Program-made: the position numbers and the translations under genes
NCBI GenBank assembly: GCA_965248925.1
Contig: CBDFLE010000005.1
Coordinates: forward strand, 416,001-480,000
Direction of reading: 5' to 3'
Length of the DNA stretch: 64,000 bases
Source of the DNA: Candidatus Multivoradales bacterium
Lineage (GTDB): Bacteria > Acidobacteriota > Thermoanaerobaculia > Multivoradales > J023
Notes under the pieces: generated by a model
Seen by the model: only the letters and a program-made list of their open reading frames with translations
What the model was told of the DNA's origin: nothing
The model's database searches: none
Shown here: positions 19,693-30,220 of the stretch, piece after piece
Position numbering within the stretch: the first letter of the stretch is position 1
Layout: every line of letters begins with the position of its first letter

Positions 19693-21411
19693 TCAATCAC
19701 TGTCGCTATCGTCTTTGGCTCCCGAGTTACAGCCAGGAAGCCGGAACGAGCACACTCTGGTCTTGAAGTCGAAGCTACCGTCGACGTCGTAGTACTCGTT
19801 GGTGTACCAGAACTCACAGCCGTTCTTGGGATCGATGCTGAGCGCGGAATAGTCGCCCCAGCGATTGCCCGAGTTGATCTGCGAGCCGGTACCAGCGTGG
19901 CATTCGACCTCGACCCCCATCTCGCCTGCCGGGTCGCCAGCCAGTCGGCCGGTGTAGCGCACCGAGGGGAAGGTGCTAAGACTGGAGACGCTGTAGCCGA
20001 TGGCGATATTGCCTTTCTTGTCCTTGGCGATCGATCCCATCCAGCGGTTCTCACCGTCGGCAGGTGCATAGGTGCCTTCCTGGAAGATGGTCCACGGGCT
20101 GCCATTGAAGCTGCGCAGCTCGACCCAACGTTGACCGGCGATACCGCCACCCGCATTGACATCGTGAATCACCACGATCGAGTCGCCACCCCCGGGCTGA
20201 TTGTTGCCGCCGGTCCACTGCGCTCGATACATGGTGTTGATGTCGAGTACATCGAGACCGTTGCCGGAAGCGACGGTACCCGGAGCGGGCTGGTCGATAC
20301 AGTTGCGGCCCAGGCAGATGTTCTTATCGAAGCCGGTGCTGGGGACCAGGCCGAGACTGTTGAAGATCGAGTTGGCCGGGGTGTCGAAGTCGGCCAGGAA
20401 CTCCCACAAGAAATAGCCGTCCGGGCCAACGCCGGTACCGAGTAGCTGGTCGTCGAAGGCCTGCACGTAGACATTAGGCTGATCCTTCTTGGGTTTCTTG
20501 TTGAGTTCCCAATGCGACGGCTGAATGCCGAAGTGGACCGGTGCGGAGCCGGTGAAGGGGAGGAAGGCCTTGACCGCTGAGGCCGGCGCTCCGCTGAGCA
20601 TGGCATCGCGCTCGAAGGCTACCGCGCTGGCGGCGACGAAGAAGAAGCCGAACCCAGGGAAGAACTCAAACTCGTTGAAGGAGGCGTAGTAGCCATTGCG
20701 CCACAGGCCAATCTTCGGGTAGTCGTTGAGCGCTGCGATACCGCCGAACACCGGTGTCGAGACCACGAAGTCGTAGAGGAAGTAGGCCCCCAGCGGATCG
20801 CTGGTCTGCGACACGGCGAAGCATTGGTGACTGTTCAAGTTGGCGTCGATGAGGGCGAATTGGCTGAACACCCAGCGCTTTGCGTCATGGTCGTAGAGCA
20901 CGATCGGATCGCCGCTGTTGGTGACTTCGCAGAACGAGCCACTGCCGGCGAAGAAGATGTTATTAGGGAGCGGGCCGAGCACGCTCGAGCCATCGGCTTT
21001 GGAGAAGATTTCGAAGACGATGTTATTCATCTGGGCGTAGAAGTCGCGACCCACATCGCCGTTGGTGTCTGGCGGGACGATCAGAATGCCCGTCAGCACC
21101 CCGTTGTCGGCGTCAGTTGTGCCTTCGAAGCTCAGCCGCGGCGCCCCGGGAGTGGTCGCTGACTTCGAGGCCGCCAGCTGCCGCAGCGGGTCCTGGGCAA
21201 GGCTGACGGTCTTCGGACGCTCGATCTCCACCTCGTAAAGCGGAATCTCGATGCTGTCTACGCTCTTCTGAACAACACTGCGGGCCTGCTTGGCGAGTTC
21301 CGACAGCGGTACCGATTCTCCTTGGTAGACCGACTCGTAGACCGCCGGTGTGGCGGCGACGAAGCTGGCGCAAAACGCTAACAAGGTGGAAATTAAGCCC
21401 AGTTTCTTCAT
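19693..21411 (-). CDS. Secreted uncharacterised beta-rich protein ('PPDTNGDVG ... RWGDYS' family)
   Basis: Signal peptide, GAGAGG RBS; motifs 'PPDTNGDVG', 'GDPIVLYD', 'DYPK', 'RWMGSIA', 'NRWGDYS'. Confidence 0.75.
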   Translation of the reverse strand: MKKLGLISTLLAFCASFVAATPAVYESVYQGESVPLSELAKQARSVVQKSVDSIEIPLYEVEIERPKTVSLAQDPLRQLAASKSATTPGAPRLSFEGTTDADNGVLTGILIVPPDTNGDVGRDFYAQMNNIVFEIFSKADGSSVLGPLPNNIFFAGSGSFCEVTNSGDPIVLYDHDAKRWVFSQFALIDANLNSHQCFAVSQTSDPLGAYFLYDFVVSTPVFGGIAALNDYPKIGLWRNGYYASFNEFEFFPGFGFFFVAASAVAFERDAMLSGAPASAVKAFLPFTGSAPVHFGIQPSHWELNKKPKKDQPNVYVQAFDDQLLGTGVGPDGYFLWEFLADFDTPANSIFNSLGLVPSTGFDKNICLGRNCIDQPAPGTVASGNGLDVLDINTMYRAQWTGGNNQPGGGDSIVVIHDVNAGGGIAGQRWVELRSFNGSPWTIFQEGTYAPADGENRWMGSIAKDKKGNIAIGYSVSSLSTFPSVRYTGRLAGDPAGEMGVEVECHAGTGSQINSGNRWGDYSALSIDPKNGCEFWYTNEYYDVDGSFDFKTRVCSFRLPGCNSGAKDDSDSD

Positions 21412-21959
21412 TGAAAGTACCTCTCTATGCTACAAATGACACACTTCTGCCGGCAACAATGGGCCCCGGTATCTCTCGAGAATTTGGCGTCCAAGGATAG
21501 GAATGCAAATTCCCCATAAGAAAAGAGGAGGCCCAATGCTAAGTCGTTATTGCCGCGACGGCAAGCGGCGCCAGGCCTGGGGCTGGGGAACCGCAGATCG
21601 CAGAGATTTCTTTAAAGCCAAAGGAGATGCGAGAGATGCCGAGGTAGCCGGTAGCTCAAAAAGTGCGATGGCCAACGGGCCTGGAGGCCACGACTAGAGT
21701 CCGATTTCTTGGTTGGACAGTGCGCCAGGCCAAGCCTGGGTGAGGCTTAGAACCGCCCCAGCCCCGAAGATGGGGTCAGGGAACTCCAGAGCCGACGAAC
21801 GCCGGATAGATAGCTGAAACAGCGGTGAGCTTTAGAAGGTAGGCCCCTCGGCGACCCCCCAGACTATACAGGGGCAGTAATCAGTGGTCTTCAAGGCCCG
21901 GCCTATGCGCCGCGGTCCTGGCCAGAGCCCCCCGTAGAGTTTTCGATGAAATCACGCTG

Positions 21960-21984
21960 AAAAAGCTGCACTCCCGAGGGTGCG
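21960..21984 (-). terminator. Putative intrinsic terminator after the TPR gene
   Basis: Short hairpin (gcactc-ccga-gggtgc on +) followed on the minus strand by AGCTTTTT, ~10 nt past the stop at 21994. Confidence 0.45.
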
Positions 21985-21993
21985 AGAGCCTAG

Positions 21994-23151
21994 CTAGAAG
22001 GGTGTCGAGTTGCCGAGTTCGGAATCGACTACATCTTGCTGCTGCCGAACCAGATCGATCTCCCGCGCCAGCTGATCGAGAGCGGCGTTGTGCTGTGCCA
22101 GTTGTAGGCTGTCCGCGGCCCGCTGGGCCTCTTCACCGGCACCAGCTTGGCGGTAGGCTCCGATGGCGTCAGCGTAGCGCTTCTGAGCTTCGAAGACATA
22201 GCCCAGTTGTTTCCACACTCGAGGTAAGTGCTGCGCTCCGGGACCGGCTTTCAGACTGGCCCGCAGCCAACTCTCCGCTGGCGTCTATTGCTCCAGCAGG
22301 GCCGCTTCACGGCCGGCGTAGAAGTCTAACAACCAGCTGTCGGGCTGTTGCGCCGCGGCGGCCAAGAAGGTTTCGAGGGCCAAAGCGTGTTCGCCGGCGC
22401 AGGTCTGCGCCTCTCCCAGCAGGCGCCAGCGCCCGGGGCTGGCCTCGAGCGCCAGAGCATCGGCGGCCACCTGGGCGGCTCGCTGGCAGATGTCGCCCTT
22501 GGCGGGTCGGATAGCCGCCAGGCCATGGCGGTGCAATGCTCTGGCCAGTAGCTCGACCAAGGCGGCGTCGGTGGGCTGGCGCTTGACCGCTCGTTCAAAT
22601 AGTGAAACGGCGGCAGCCGGGTTATCGCTGTCCAGCCAGACGCGGCCCAACAGCCCGTCCAGGCGACCGTCGCCAGCCAGCGCTGCTGCTGCTTCCAACA
22701 CGGGAGCGGCCAGTGCGGGTTGGCGAAGCTGCGCCAGGGCCTTGCCGCGGGTGCTGAGCACGCCTAGCTTCTGGGTTGGGTTCAGCTTATCGAGTTGGAA
22801 GCTAGCGAGCAGGTCTTCCGTGGCTTGGGCATCGCCGAATAGCAGCAACGCCTGGGCGAGGGCGAGTACGCCATCGGCGTTCTCAGGGGCCAGGCGGTAG
22901 GCGCTGCGTAGAGCAACCAGAGCGTCCTGGGTACGGTTGGCCCGTAACAAAGTCTGACCCAGCATCAGATGTCCGCCGGACCAGTCTGGCAAGCGCGAAG
23001 TGACTCTGTTGAAGGAGACTTCAGCGGCCTCCAGGTCGCCGTTCTTGAAGGCGCTGATTCCGCTCTGCCAGTCGTCTCCGCTGGCGCCGCTGTGGATCAG
23101 AGTGAGAAAGAGAAAAATGAAGATAGAGCGTACGAACTTGTTGCCGAACAT
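21994..23151 (-). pseudogene. Exported TPR protein interrupted by a single in-frame TAG (22285-22287)
   Basis: The frame continues 'LLEQ*TPAESWLRASLKAGPGAQHLPRVWKQLGYVFEAQKRYADAIGAY' into ORF 21994..22218, with the TPR pattern unbroken. Confidence 0.8.
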
Positions 23152-23320
23152 GGACTTTCCTTTCCGCCTTGAGGCGTCCTTATCGAAGGTGAGAACGGCG
23201 CTGCTCGCGACCTCTAATTAGTTACTTAGACCGGCCTCCTCTGGATTTGGTTCCAGAAATCTCGCAGCGCAGCTGAGCGGAGGGTCTTGCAGCAGCTATT
23301 GCGGGTCGGCCAAAATAGCG

Positions 23321-24982
23321 GTGATGAGTGATGTCCCTGCAAGTAGCGGTGCCCGCCGAGTCGCCCTCGGTATCTTGGCGAGCCGGGTTTTGGGTCTCGG
23401 TCGGGGAGTGGTCTTGGCCTACCTGTTCGGCTCGGGAGCGCTCACCGATGCCTGGAACACGGCAATGCGGATTCCCAATGCGCTGCAAAATCTGCTCGGC
23501 GAGCAGGCGATTTCGGCGGCCTTTATCCCGGTCTACAGCAAGTTCTTGGCAGCAGGTCGCGAGGACGACGCGCGACGCTTAGCCGGGGCGATCCTCGGCT
23601 TGATGTTGGCGGCGGTGGCGACGCTGGTCTTGGCCGGCGTGCTGCTGGCGCGGTGGATCGTTGCGCTGACCGCGACCGGTTTTCTCGACGACTCGCTGCA
23701 GGTCGGCGCCGGGCAAACCGGATTCGACCGTTTCGAGCTGGTGGTCACCGCCACCCGCTTCATTTTTCCAATGGCCGGCTGCATGGTGTTGTCGGCTTGG
23801 GCTTTAGGGGTGCTCAACAGCCATCGCCGGTTTTTCTTGCCCTATGTGGCGCCGACCCTGTGGAGTGCCGCGATACTCACCGCGTTGATCGGCGCCGCGG
23901 CGCGCAATGGACATTTGCTCGACCCACAGCTAGCGCCCGTGGCGGAGTTGGAAAGCTGGATGATGGCCGGATTGGCCGGCGCCGCGGTTGGCGGCTTATT
24001 GCAATTGTTGGTGCAACTGCCGACCGTGTTGCGGTTATCGCCTGGGTTGCGCCCTTCCTTGGCGCTCGCTGCGCCTGGAGCGCGACGGGTGTTGAGGGCC
24101 TTTGCCCCTGCCTTGGCCGGACGCGGGGTGGTGCAATTGTCGCTCTACCTCAATATCTGGATGGCGAGCTTTCTGAGTCGCGGCTCGGTGGCGGTGTTGG
24201 GCTTTGCCGCCCCCCTTTTCAGCTTGCCGCTGTCGGTATTCGGCATGTCGGTGGCGGCCGCTGAGCTGCCCGAACTGGCCCGCCGCGGGGAGCACCACGG
24301 GGCGGGTGACCTGGCGCGGCGGATTGATCAGGCCTTGCGCCGTTCTCTCTTCTTGATCGTGCCGGCGGCGGTGGGCCTGGCTGCCTTTGGATTGCTGGCA
24401 GTGGGGCTGCTCTATGAGCGTGGCCAATTCGGAGTTGACGATCGCTGGCAAGCCTACGCGGTTTTGTGCGGCTACCTGTTTGGCTTGCCCGCATCGGCGG
24501 CCTCTCGCCTGTTGCAAAACACGTTCTTTGCCCTTGGCGATACTCGGACGCCTGCACGGATCGCCCTCGGCCGTTTGTTCTTTGTCGCCCCGGTGGGTGC
24601 CAGCCTGATGCTTTGGCTGGATGGTCTCGAAGTTGGCGCGGTGTTCGGTCTAGGGGAGGTCGGGGCTTTGGCGCCGCTGACCCTCGGTGCCTTGGGCCTG
24701 AGCAGCGCCGATGGCTTGGCGGCCTGGTTCGAGCTTGGCTTGTTGCGGCACCGGTTGGCACAGCGCTTGCCCGCAGTCGGCCTGCCGGTGCGCTATTTCC
24801 TCGAACGCTTGTCTTTGGCCCTCCTCCTCACCTTGCCCTGCTTCGCGCTGTGGGCGGTGTTGCCGGCTTGGCCAGTGGCGGTGATCGCGATGATCGTGCT
24901 GCCCACTTACGCCGCGAGTTACCTGGGACTAGCCCGTCTGCGGCAGTCTCCGGAGCTTGCCGGCTGGTTGCGACGGGGCTGA
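23321..24982 (+). CDS. murJ: Lipid II flippase MurJ (MviN)
   Basis: 'SRVLGLGR', 'RIPNALQNLLGE', 'AFIPVY', 'FFALGDTRTP'; multi-TM. Confidence 0.92.
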   Translation: MMSDVPASSGARRVALGILASRVLGLGRGVVLAYLFGSGALTDAWNTAMRIPNALQNLLGEQAISAAFIPVYSKFLAAGREDDARRLAGAILGLMLAAVATLVLAGVLLARWIVALTATGFLDDSLQVGAGQTGFDRFELVVTATRFIFPMAGCMVLSAWALGVLNSHRRFFLPYVAPTLWSAAILTALIGAAARNGHLLDPQLAPVAELESWMMAGLAGAAVGGLLQLLVQLPTVLRLSPGLRPSLALAAPGARRVLRAFAPALAGRGVVQLSLYLNIWMASFLSRGSVAVLGFAAPLFSLPLSVFGMSVAAAELPELARRGEHHGAGDLARRIDQALRRSLFLIVPAAVGLAAFGLLAVGLLYERGQFGVDDRWQAYAVLCGYLFGLPASAASRLLQNTFFALGDTRTPARIALGRLFFVAPVGASLMLWLDGLEVGAVFGLGEVGALAPLTLGALGLSSADGLAAWFELGLLRHRLAQRLPAVGLPVRYFLERLSLALLLTLPCFALWAVLPAWPVAVIAMIVLPTYAASYLGLARLRQSPELAGWLRRG

Positions 24983-25132
24983 TCCGTGGCCAGGGGCAGG
25001 GCGCTGGCCGGCTGGGGCGAGCGGCCAGAACCCTACCGCTGGCGGGTCGTAAAGTAGACTGTAGACTGACGACCTGCCGTAGTCGTCCGGCGGCGACGGT
25101 AGAGGAGGCTTCCAACTCACAGGAGGTTCGCC

Positions 25133-26290
25133 TTGCTGACCAGCATCCCCGGCAAGAGGCTGTTGTTTCTCACCACTGTCTCGGTGATGGTGGCGGTGTC
25201 TATCACCAGCTGCAGCTCGGTCGGTCGCCGCAGCTTGCAGCACGATGAGGTCGTCGCCCGCGATCTTCGGCAACGGGGACTCGATCCCAAGCAGATCATT
25301 TTGCCCTTTGGCCTGACCGATGAGATGCGCCAATGGGCGATCGACAACGTCTTGCCCGAGGTCTCTCGCTTTGACCAGTTGGACGATTTGCGCGTGAGTC
25401 TTCTCGACCCGGGGCAGATGAGCTTGGAATACGAGTGGGGCTACACCGGCACCGCGATCGAGGTTTTCGAGCAACGTCGCGCCAACTGCCTGGCCTTCAC
25501 CAACTTATTTGTCGGACTCGCTCGAGAACTGGGCATTTCGGTGTATTTCATGCTCATCGATGATTTTGAGACTTACCGCAAGCAGCGCGACTTGGTGGTG
25601 GTCTCAGACCATGTGGCGGTGGGATTCGGCGCCCCGGTGGAGCGCAAGATCTACGATTTCTCGGAGAACCCGCCAGAGAACTACCGCCAGACCAAGCCGA
25701 TCTCAGACCTGACCGCGATCGCTATGTACCATTCAAATCGTGGTGCCGAACTGCTCGCCAGCGGGGCGATTGGCGCCGGTATTCACTGGTTGGAGACGGC
25801 AGTGCAGATCGATCCCGAGTTGGCCAATGCCTGGGTCAATCTGGGAGTGGCCCTACGCCGAGTAGGGGAGCGGGGCCAGGCTGAAGAGAAGTACAAGAAG
25901 GCGCTGGAGATTAATCCACGTCTCTATTCGGCCTACCACAATCTGGCGTCTCTGTTACGTCTGGAAGATCGTGAGCAAGAAGCCGAAGCTTACGAGCAGG
26001 CGCTGGGCAACTCGCCCAACCGCAATCCCTTTACTTACCTTGCTTTGGGCGATATCAGTCTGGATAACGGCGAGGTCGAGCGGGCCGAGCGCTTCTACCG
26101 TCGGGCTGTCAATCTGGCGACCGACAACGCGGAAGTCTACGCGGCTCTCGGCCAACTGGCGGTTTCGACCGGTGATCTACGCACCGCGCGGCGGATGCTG
26201 CGCCGGGCGCAGCGCATCAACCAGGCCGATCTCCGCACACAGCGGCTCGCCGAGTTGCTGGAGAAGGCAGCTACTGACCAGCAGGGCTAG
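25133..26290 (+). CDS. Lipoprotein with transglutaminase-like domain and TPR repeats
   Basis: 'TAIEVFEQRRANCLAFTNLFVGLARELG...DHVAV' Cys-His motif; C-terminal TPRs ('AWVNLGVAL'). Confidence 0.78.
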   Translation: MLTSIPGKRLLFLTTVSVMVAVSITSCSSVGRRSLQHDEVVARDLRQRGLDPKQIILPFGLTDEMRQWAIDNVLPEVSRFDQLDDLRVSLLDPGQMSLEYEWGYTGTAIEVFEQRRANCLAFTNLFVGLARELGISVYFMLIDDFETYRKQRDLVVVSDHVAVGFGAPVERKIYDFSENPPENYRQTKPISDLTAIAMYHSNRGAELLASGAIGAGIHWLETAVQIDPELANAWVNLGVALRRVGERGQAEEKYKKALEINPRLYSAYHNLASLLRLEDREQEAEAYEQALGNSPNRNPFTYLALGDISLDNGEVERAERFYRRAVNLATDNAEVYAALGQLAVSTGDLRTARRMLRRAQRINQADLRTQRLAELLEKAATDQQG

Positions 26291-26369
26291 CCGCGGGGCT
26301 CGTGCCAAGATGCATTCTGGCTATCGCCCGGGGTGATCGCGCGGCGCAGGCTAGAATGCGCCTGCACTC

Positions 26370-28628
26370 ATGGTTGCCCGCGCAAAAACATGGCGCTTGT
26401 GTATCGACACCGGCGGCACCTTCACCGACTGTCTGGCGGTTGACCCGCAGGGTGGTCGGCGGCGAGCGAAAATACTTAGCAGTAGCACTTTCCGGGCGCG
26501 AGTTCGCCAGGCTAGGGCACCTCGCCGGTTGACTTTCGCGGCTTCCTGGCAGGCGCCGATAGACTTCTTGCGCGGTGGCCGGCTGCGTTGGTTACAGCGC
26601 GACGAGCCGCCGCTGGCGGTCGTCGGCTCGCGGTCGGATGAGCTGCTGACCGCAGAAGAACTACCGCTCGATTTGCAGCCGGGGGAGCGTTTCGAAGTCG
26701 CTTTCGAGGAAGAGGCGCCGGTGTTGGCGGCCCGTTGGTTGACCGGTACTGCTGGCGGCTGTGCCTTGCCGCCGATCGACTTGCGATTGGCGACCACCCG
26801 CGGCACCAACGCCTTGTTGCAGCGCAGAGGCGCGCCTACGGCGCTGTTTATCACCCGTGGCTTCGCTGATTTGTTGCGCATCGGCAGCCAGCAGCGACCT
26901 GACCTCTTTGCTCTCGATATTGTTCGTCCGGCGCCTCTCTACAGCGCAGTGGTAGAAGTCGACGAGCGCCTGGCGGCGGATGGTTCGGTGGTGCGAGCGC
27001 TCGATCTCGAGTCGCTGGGTGCGCGCTCGGCGGAGCTCCTGGACGCGGGTCTTACCAGCGCCGCCGTGGCTCTACTGCATAGCTATCGCAATCCGGCGCA
27101 CGAAGAGAGGCTCAGTGAGCACCTCCGCGCCTTGGGCTGGCCGCAGGTCTCGGCTTCGGCGGCCTTGTCGCCGACGGTGAAGATCTTGCCGCGAGCCGAG
27201 ACCGCGGTGGTGGATGCCTTTTTGGCGCCCATTGTCGGTGACTATCTGCGACAAGTGGGGGCGGCGGTGAACGGCCAGCTACAGGTCATGACCAGTGCCG
27301 GAGGCCTGAGCCGGACGGACACTTTCCGCGCTTGCGACAGCCTGCTGTCGGGACCGGCGGGGGGGGTGGTGGGGGCGGCGGCCTGTGGCATCGCCAACGG
27401 CTACCGGCGCTTGCTCGCTTTCGACATGGGAGGCACCTCGACCGATGTGTCCCGCTTTGACGGCGATTTCGAGTATCGGTTCGAACATCAGGTCGGCGAT
27501 GCCAGGGTAGCGGCGCCAGCACTTTACATCGAGACGGTGGCGGCCGGCGGCGGGTCGGTGTGCTGGCTCGATGGCCAGCAATTGAAAGTAGGTCCGCAAA
27601 GCGCCGGGGCCGATCCCGGCCCTGCTTGCTATGGCGCCGGCGGGCCGCTGACCCTGACGGATGTCAATCTCTTGCTCGGCCGGCTGGCGCTGGAGAGATT
27701 TCCGATCCCGGTCGAGCCGCTGGCGGCGCGCCAGGCCCTCGACCCGTTGCTGGAATCCTGCAGCGGCGAACCCGTTCCCAAGATGGCTGCAGAGCGAGTG
27801 CTCGCCGGCCTGTTGGAGATCGCCAACGAGCGCATGGCCGATGCCATTCGTCAAGTATCGGTCGGTCGCGGATTCGATCCTCGGCAGCACGCTTTGGTGG
27901 CGTTTGGCGGCGCTGGCGGCCAGCACGCCTGCGCCCTGGCCGAGTTGCTTGCTATCGAGCGGGTGCTGTTGCCGGCCGAGGCCGGCCTACTGAGTGCCCT
28001 GGGTCTGGGCGAGGCGCGCCTGGAACGCTTTGCCCATCGGCAAGTTCTGCGGCCACTGGCGGAGGTCGAGAACGAGCTGCCAGGCCTGCTGGCTGAGCTT
28101 GATCAGCAGGCCCGGGCCGAGGTGGTGGCTGCCGGGGTAGCTGCTGAGCGAGTCAGTGTCCGCCGACGGTTGGGGTTGCTGCGGTTGCTGGGTCAGGAGA
28201 GCACCTTGGAAATCGAGCTCGGACCACTGGCGACCGGCGGCGAGCCGGCGGTGGAGTTTGCCCAGGCCTACCAGCAGATATATGGCTATCCGCCTCCTCG
28301 GCGACCGATCGAGGTGGAGTCCTTGCGGGTCGTGGCTAGCGAGATCGCGCCGCCGACTGGTCCTTGCCCTGAACCTCCAGCGGCGGTCCAGCAAATGGCC
28401 AAGACAAGCGGTTCCCAGCGGGTTTTCGTTGCCGGTGCTTGGCGCTCGGTGGCGACTTTTTGGCGGCCTGACTTGCAGATCGGCGAGTGGCTCGACGGTC
28501 CGGCGATGGTGTTCGAGCCGCACGCCACCTTGTTGGTGGAGAACGGTTGGCGAGCGCGGGTCAGTGGCGACTGCACCTTGGTGCTCGAAAATCACGCCGT
28601 GTTGGAACTAGGGAAAACGGCGCGATGA
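26370..28628 (+). CDS. Hydantoinase A / 5-oxoprolinase N-terminal subunit
   Basis: 'IDTGGTFTD', 'LLSGPAGGVVG', 'DMGGTSTDV', 'SAGADPGPACY'. Confidence 0.92.
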   Translation: MVARAKTWRLCIDTGGTFTDCLAVDPQGGRRRAKILSSSTFRARVRQARAPRRLTFAASWQAPIDFLRGGRLRWLQRDEPPLAVVGSRSDELLTAEELPLDLQPGERFEVAFEEEAPVLAARWLTGTAGGCALPPIDLRLATTRGTNALLQRRGAPTALFITRGFADLLRIGSQQRPDLFALDIVRPAPLYSAVVEVDERLAADGSVVRALDLESLGARSAELLDAGLTSAAVALLHSYRNPAHEERLSEHLRALGWPQVSASAALSPTVKILPRAETAVVDAFLAPIVGDYLRQVGAAVNGQLQVMTSAGGLSRTDTFRACDSLLSGPAGGVVGAAACGIANGYRRLLAFDMGGTSTDVSRFDGDFEYRFEHQVGDARVAAPALYIETVAAGGGSVCWLDGQQLKVGPQSAGADPGPACYGAGGPLTLTDVNLLLGRLALERFPIPVEPLAARQALDPLLESCSGEPVPKMAAERVLAGLLEIANERMADAIRQVSVGRGFDPRQHALVAFGGAGGQHACALAELLAIERVLLPAEAGLLSALGLGEARLERFAHRQVLRPLAEVENELPGLLAELDQQARAEVVAAGVAAERVSVRRRLGLLRLLGQESTLEIELGPLATGGEPAVEFAQAYQQIYGYPPPRRPIEVESLRVVASEIAPPTGPCPEPPAAVQQMAKTSGSQRVFVAGAWRSVATFWRPDLQIGEWLDGPAMVFEPHATLLVENGWRARVSGDCTLVLENHAVLELGKTAR

Positions 28629-30220
28629 GTCACCACGCTCAGCAGCCCGAGGCGGTGGCCTTGGAGTTGTTCACCAACCGCTTCGCGGCCATCGCCGCCG
28701 AAATGGGCGAGGTGCTTCGGCGCACCGCCCTGTCGACCAACATTCGCGATCGGCTTGACTTCTCATGTGCCTTGCTCGATCGCGCGGGGCGACTGGTAGT
28801 CAACGCGCCGCATATTCCGGTGCATCTGGGCGCCCTCGGCCCTTGCGTGCGGGCGGTTGCCAGTCACCTCGAACTCGGCCCGGGTGATTCGGCGGTCACC
28901 AACCATCCGGCCTTCGGCGGCTCTCACCTGCCCGATGTGACGGTGATCACGCCGGTCGATGTGGCTGGCCAGCGGGTGGGCTGGGTTGCCAACCGTGCCC
29001 ACCACGCCGAGATCGGCGGCTGCCGTCCGGGTTCGATGCCGCCGGCTGCGACCTGTTTGGCGGAAGAGGGGGTGGTGATTCCCCCTCTGCGCCTGGTGCG
29101 TGGGGGCGAGGCTCGTTGGCGGGCCGTCGAGGAGTTGCTGGGTGGCGGCCGCTGGCCATCCCGGGCCGTGGCTGAAAACCTGGCCGATCTGAGCGCCGCC
29201 CTGGCGGCCAACCAGCGCGGCGTGGCGGCGCTTACCAAGCTGGTCGAAGAGCATGGCGGTAAGACCGTCAGCCAGTACCTGGACGCCTTGCGCAACAGCG
29301 CCGCCGAGCGCTTGCGAGCGGCGCTCGCCAAGCTACCGTCGGGGCGTCTCGAAGCGACCGAGAGGCTCGACGACGGCACCCCCATCCGGGTTGCGATCAC
29401 TATTGACGGCGATCGCGCTACGGTTGACTTCAGCGGCTCAGGGGCGGTGCACCCCGGCAATTTGAATGCGCCCCGAGCGGTGTCGCGCAGCGCCGTTCTC
29501 TACTGTCTACGCTTGCTGCTGGCCCAGCCCCTGCCGCTCAACGAGGGACTCCTCGAGCCCATCGACCTGATTTTTGAGCAGGGAATTCTCGATCCGCCCT
29601 TCAGCGGTGATCCGGCGAGCGACCCAGCGGTCGTGGGAGGCAACGTAGAGACTTCGCAGCGAATCGTCGACACTCTGCTCAAAGCGCTCGACCTGGCTGC
29701 CGGCAGCCAGGGTACGATGAACAACCTGCTCTTCGGCAATGACCGGTTCGGCTATTACGAGACGGTTTGCGGCGGTGCCGGCGCGGGGCCGGGATTCGCT
29801 GGTGCCAGCGCCGTCCACACTCACATGACCAACACCCGGATCACCGACCCGGAGGTGCTCGAGTCGCGCTATCCGGTACGCCTCGAGAGCTTTGCCTTGC
29901 GTCCTGGAAGTGGCGGCCGGGGTCGATACTCTGGTGGCGACGGAGTACGCCGTGAAATGCTCTTTCTTGAACCGATAGAGTTCTCCCTACTCAGCCAGCA
30001 TCGGCGTGAGCGCCCTTATGGAAGCCACGGTGGTGAACCTGGGGCGCTGGGCCGTCAGCGGCTGATCCGCGCTGACGGTAGCGAGGAAGAACTGGCTGGC
30101 ATCGCGCAGGCAGATTTGCGGCCAGGAGATCGACTCTTGCTAGAGACTCCGGGTGGCGGCGGTTGGGGCCGGTTTGATGAGGATGAGCAAGAGCCGCGAA
30201 GAAAGGAGGGCGCCGAATGA
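28625..30220 (+). CDS. Hydantoinase B / 5-oxoprolinase C-terminal subunit
   Basis: '[14 protein letters not shown]', 'PHIPVHLG', '[16 protein letters not shown]', 'TPGGGGWG'; ATG at 28625 overlaps the previous stop. Confidence 0.92.
   Translation: MSHHAQQPEAVALELFTNRFAAIAAEMGEVLRRTALSTNIRDRLDFSCALLDRAGRLVVNAPHIPVHLGALGPCVRAVASHLELGPGDSAVTNHPAFGGSHLPDVTVITPVDVAGQRVGWVANRAHHAEIGGCRPGSMPPAATCLAEEGVVIPPLRLVRGGEARWRAVEELLGGGRWPSRAVAENLADLSAALAANQRGVAALTKLVEEHGGKTVSQYLDALRNSAAERLRAALAKLPSGRLEATERLDDGTPIRVAITIDGDRATVDFSGSGAVHPGNLNAPRAVSRSAVLYCLRLLLAQPLPLNEGLLEPIDLIFEQGILDPPFSGDPASDPAVVGGNVETSQRIVDTLLKALDLAAGSQGTMNNLLFGNDRFGYYETVCGGAGAGPGFAGASAVHTHMTNTRITDPEVLESRYPVRLESFALRPGSGGRGRYSGGDGVRREMLFLEPIEFSLLSQHRRERPYGSHGGEPGALGRQRLIRADGSEEELAGIAQADLRPGDRLLLETPGGGGWGRFDEDEQEPRRKEGAE

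Noticed and set aside
21750-21925. 6S RNA or riboswitch
   Set aside because: Only a ~7-bp closing stem could be drawn and no consensus motif was recognised; kept only as a low-interest intergenic finding
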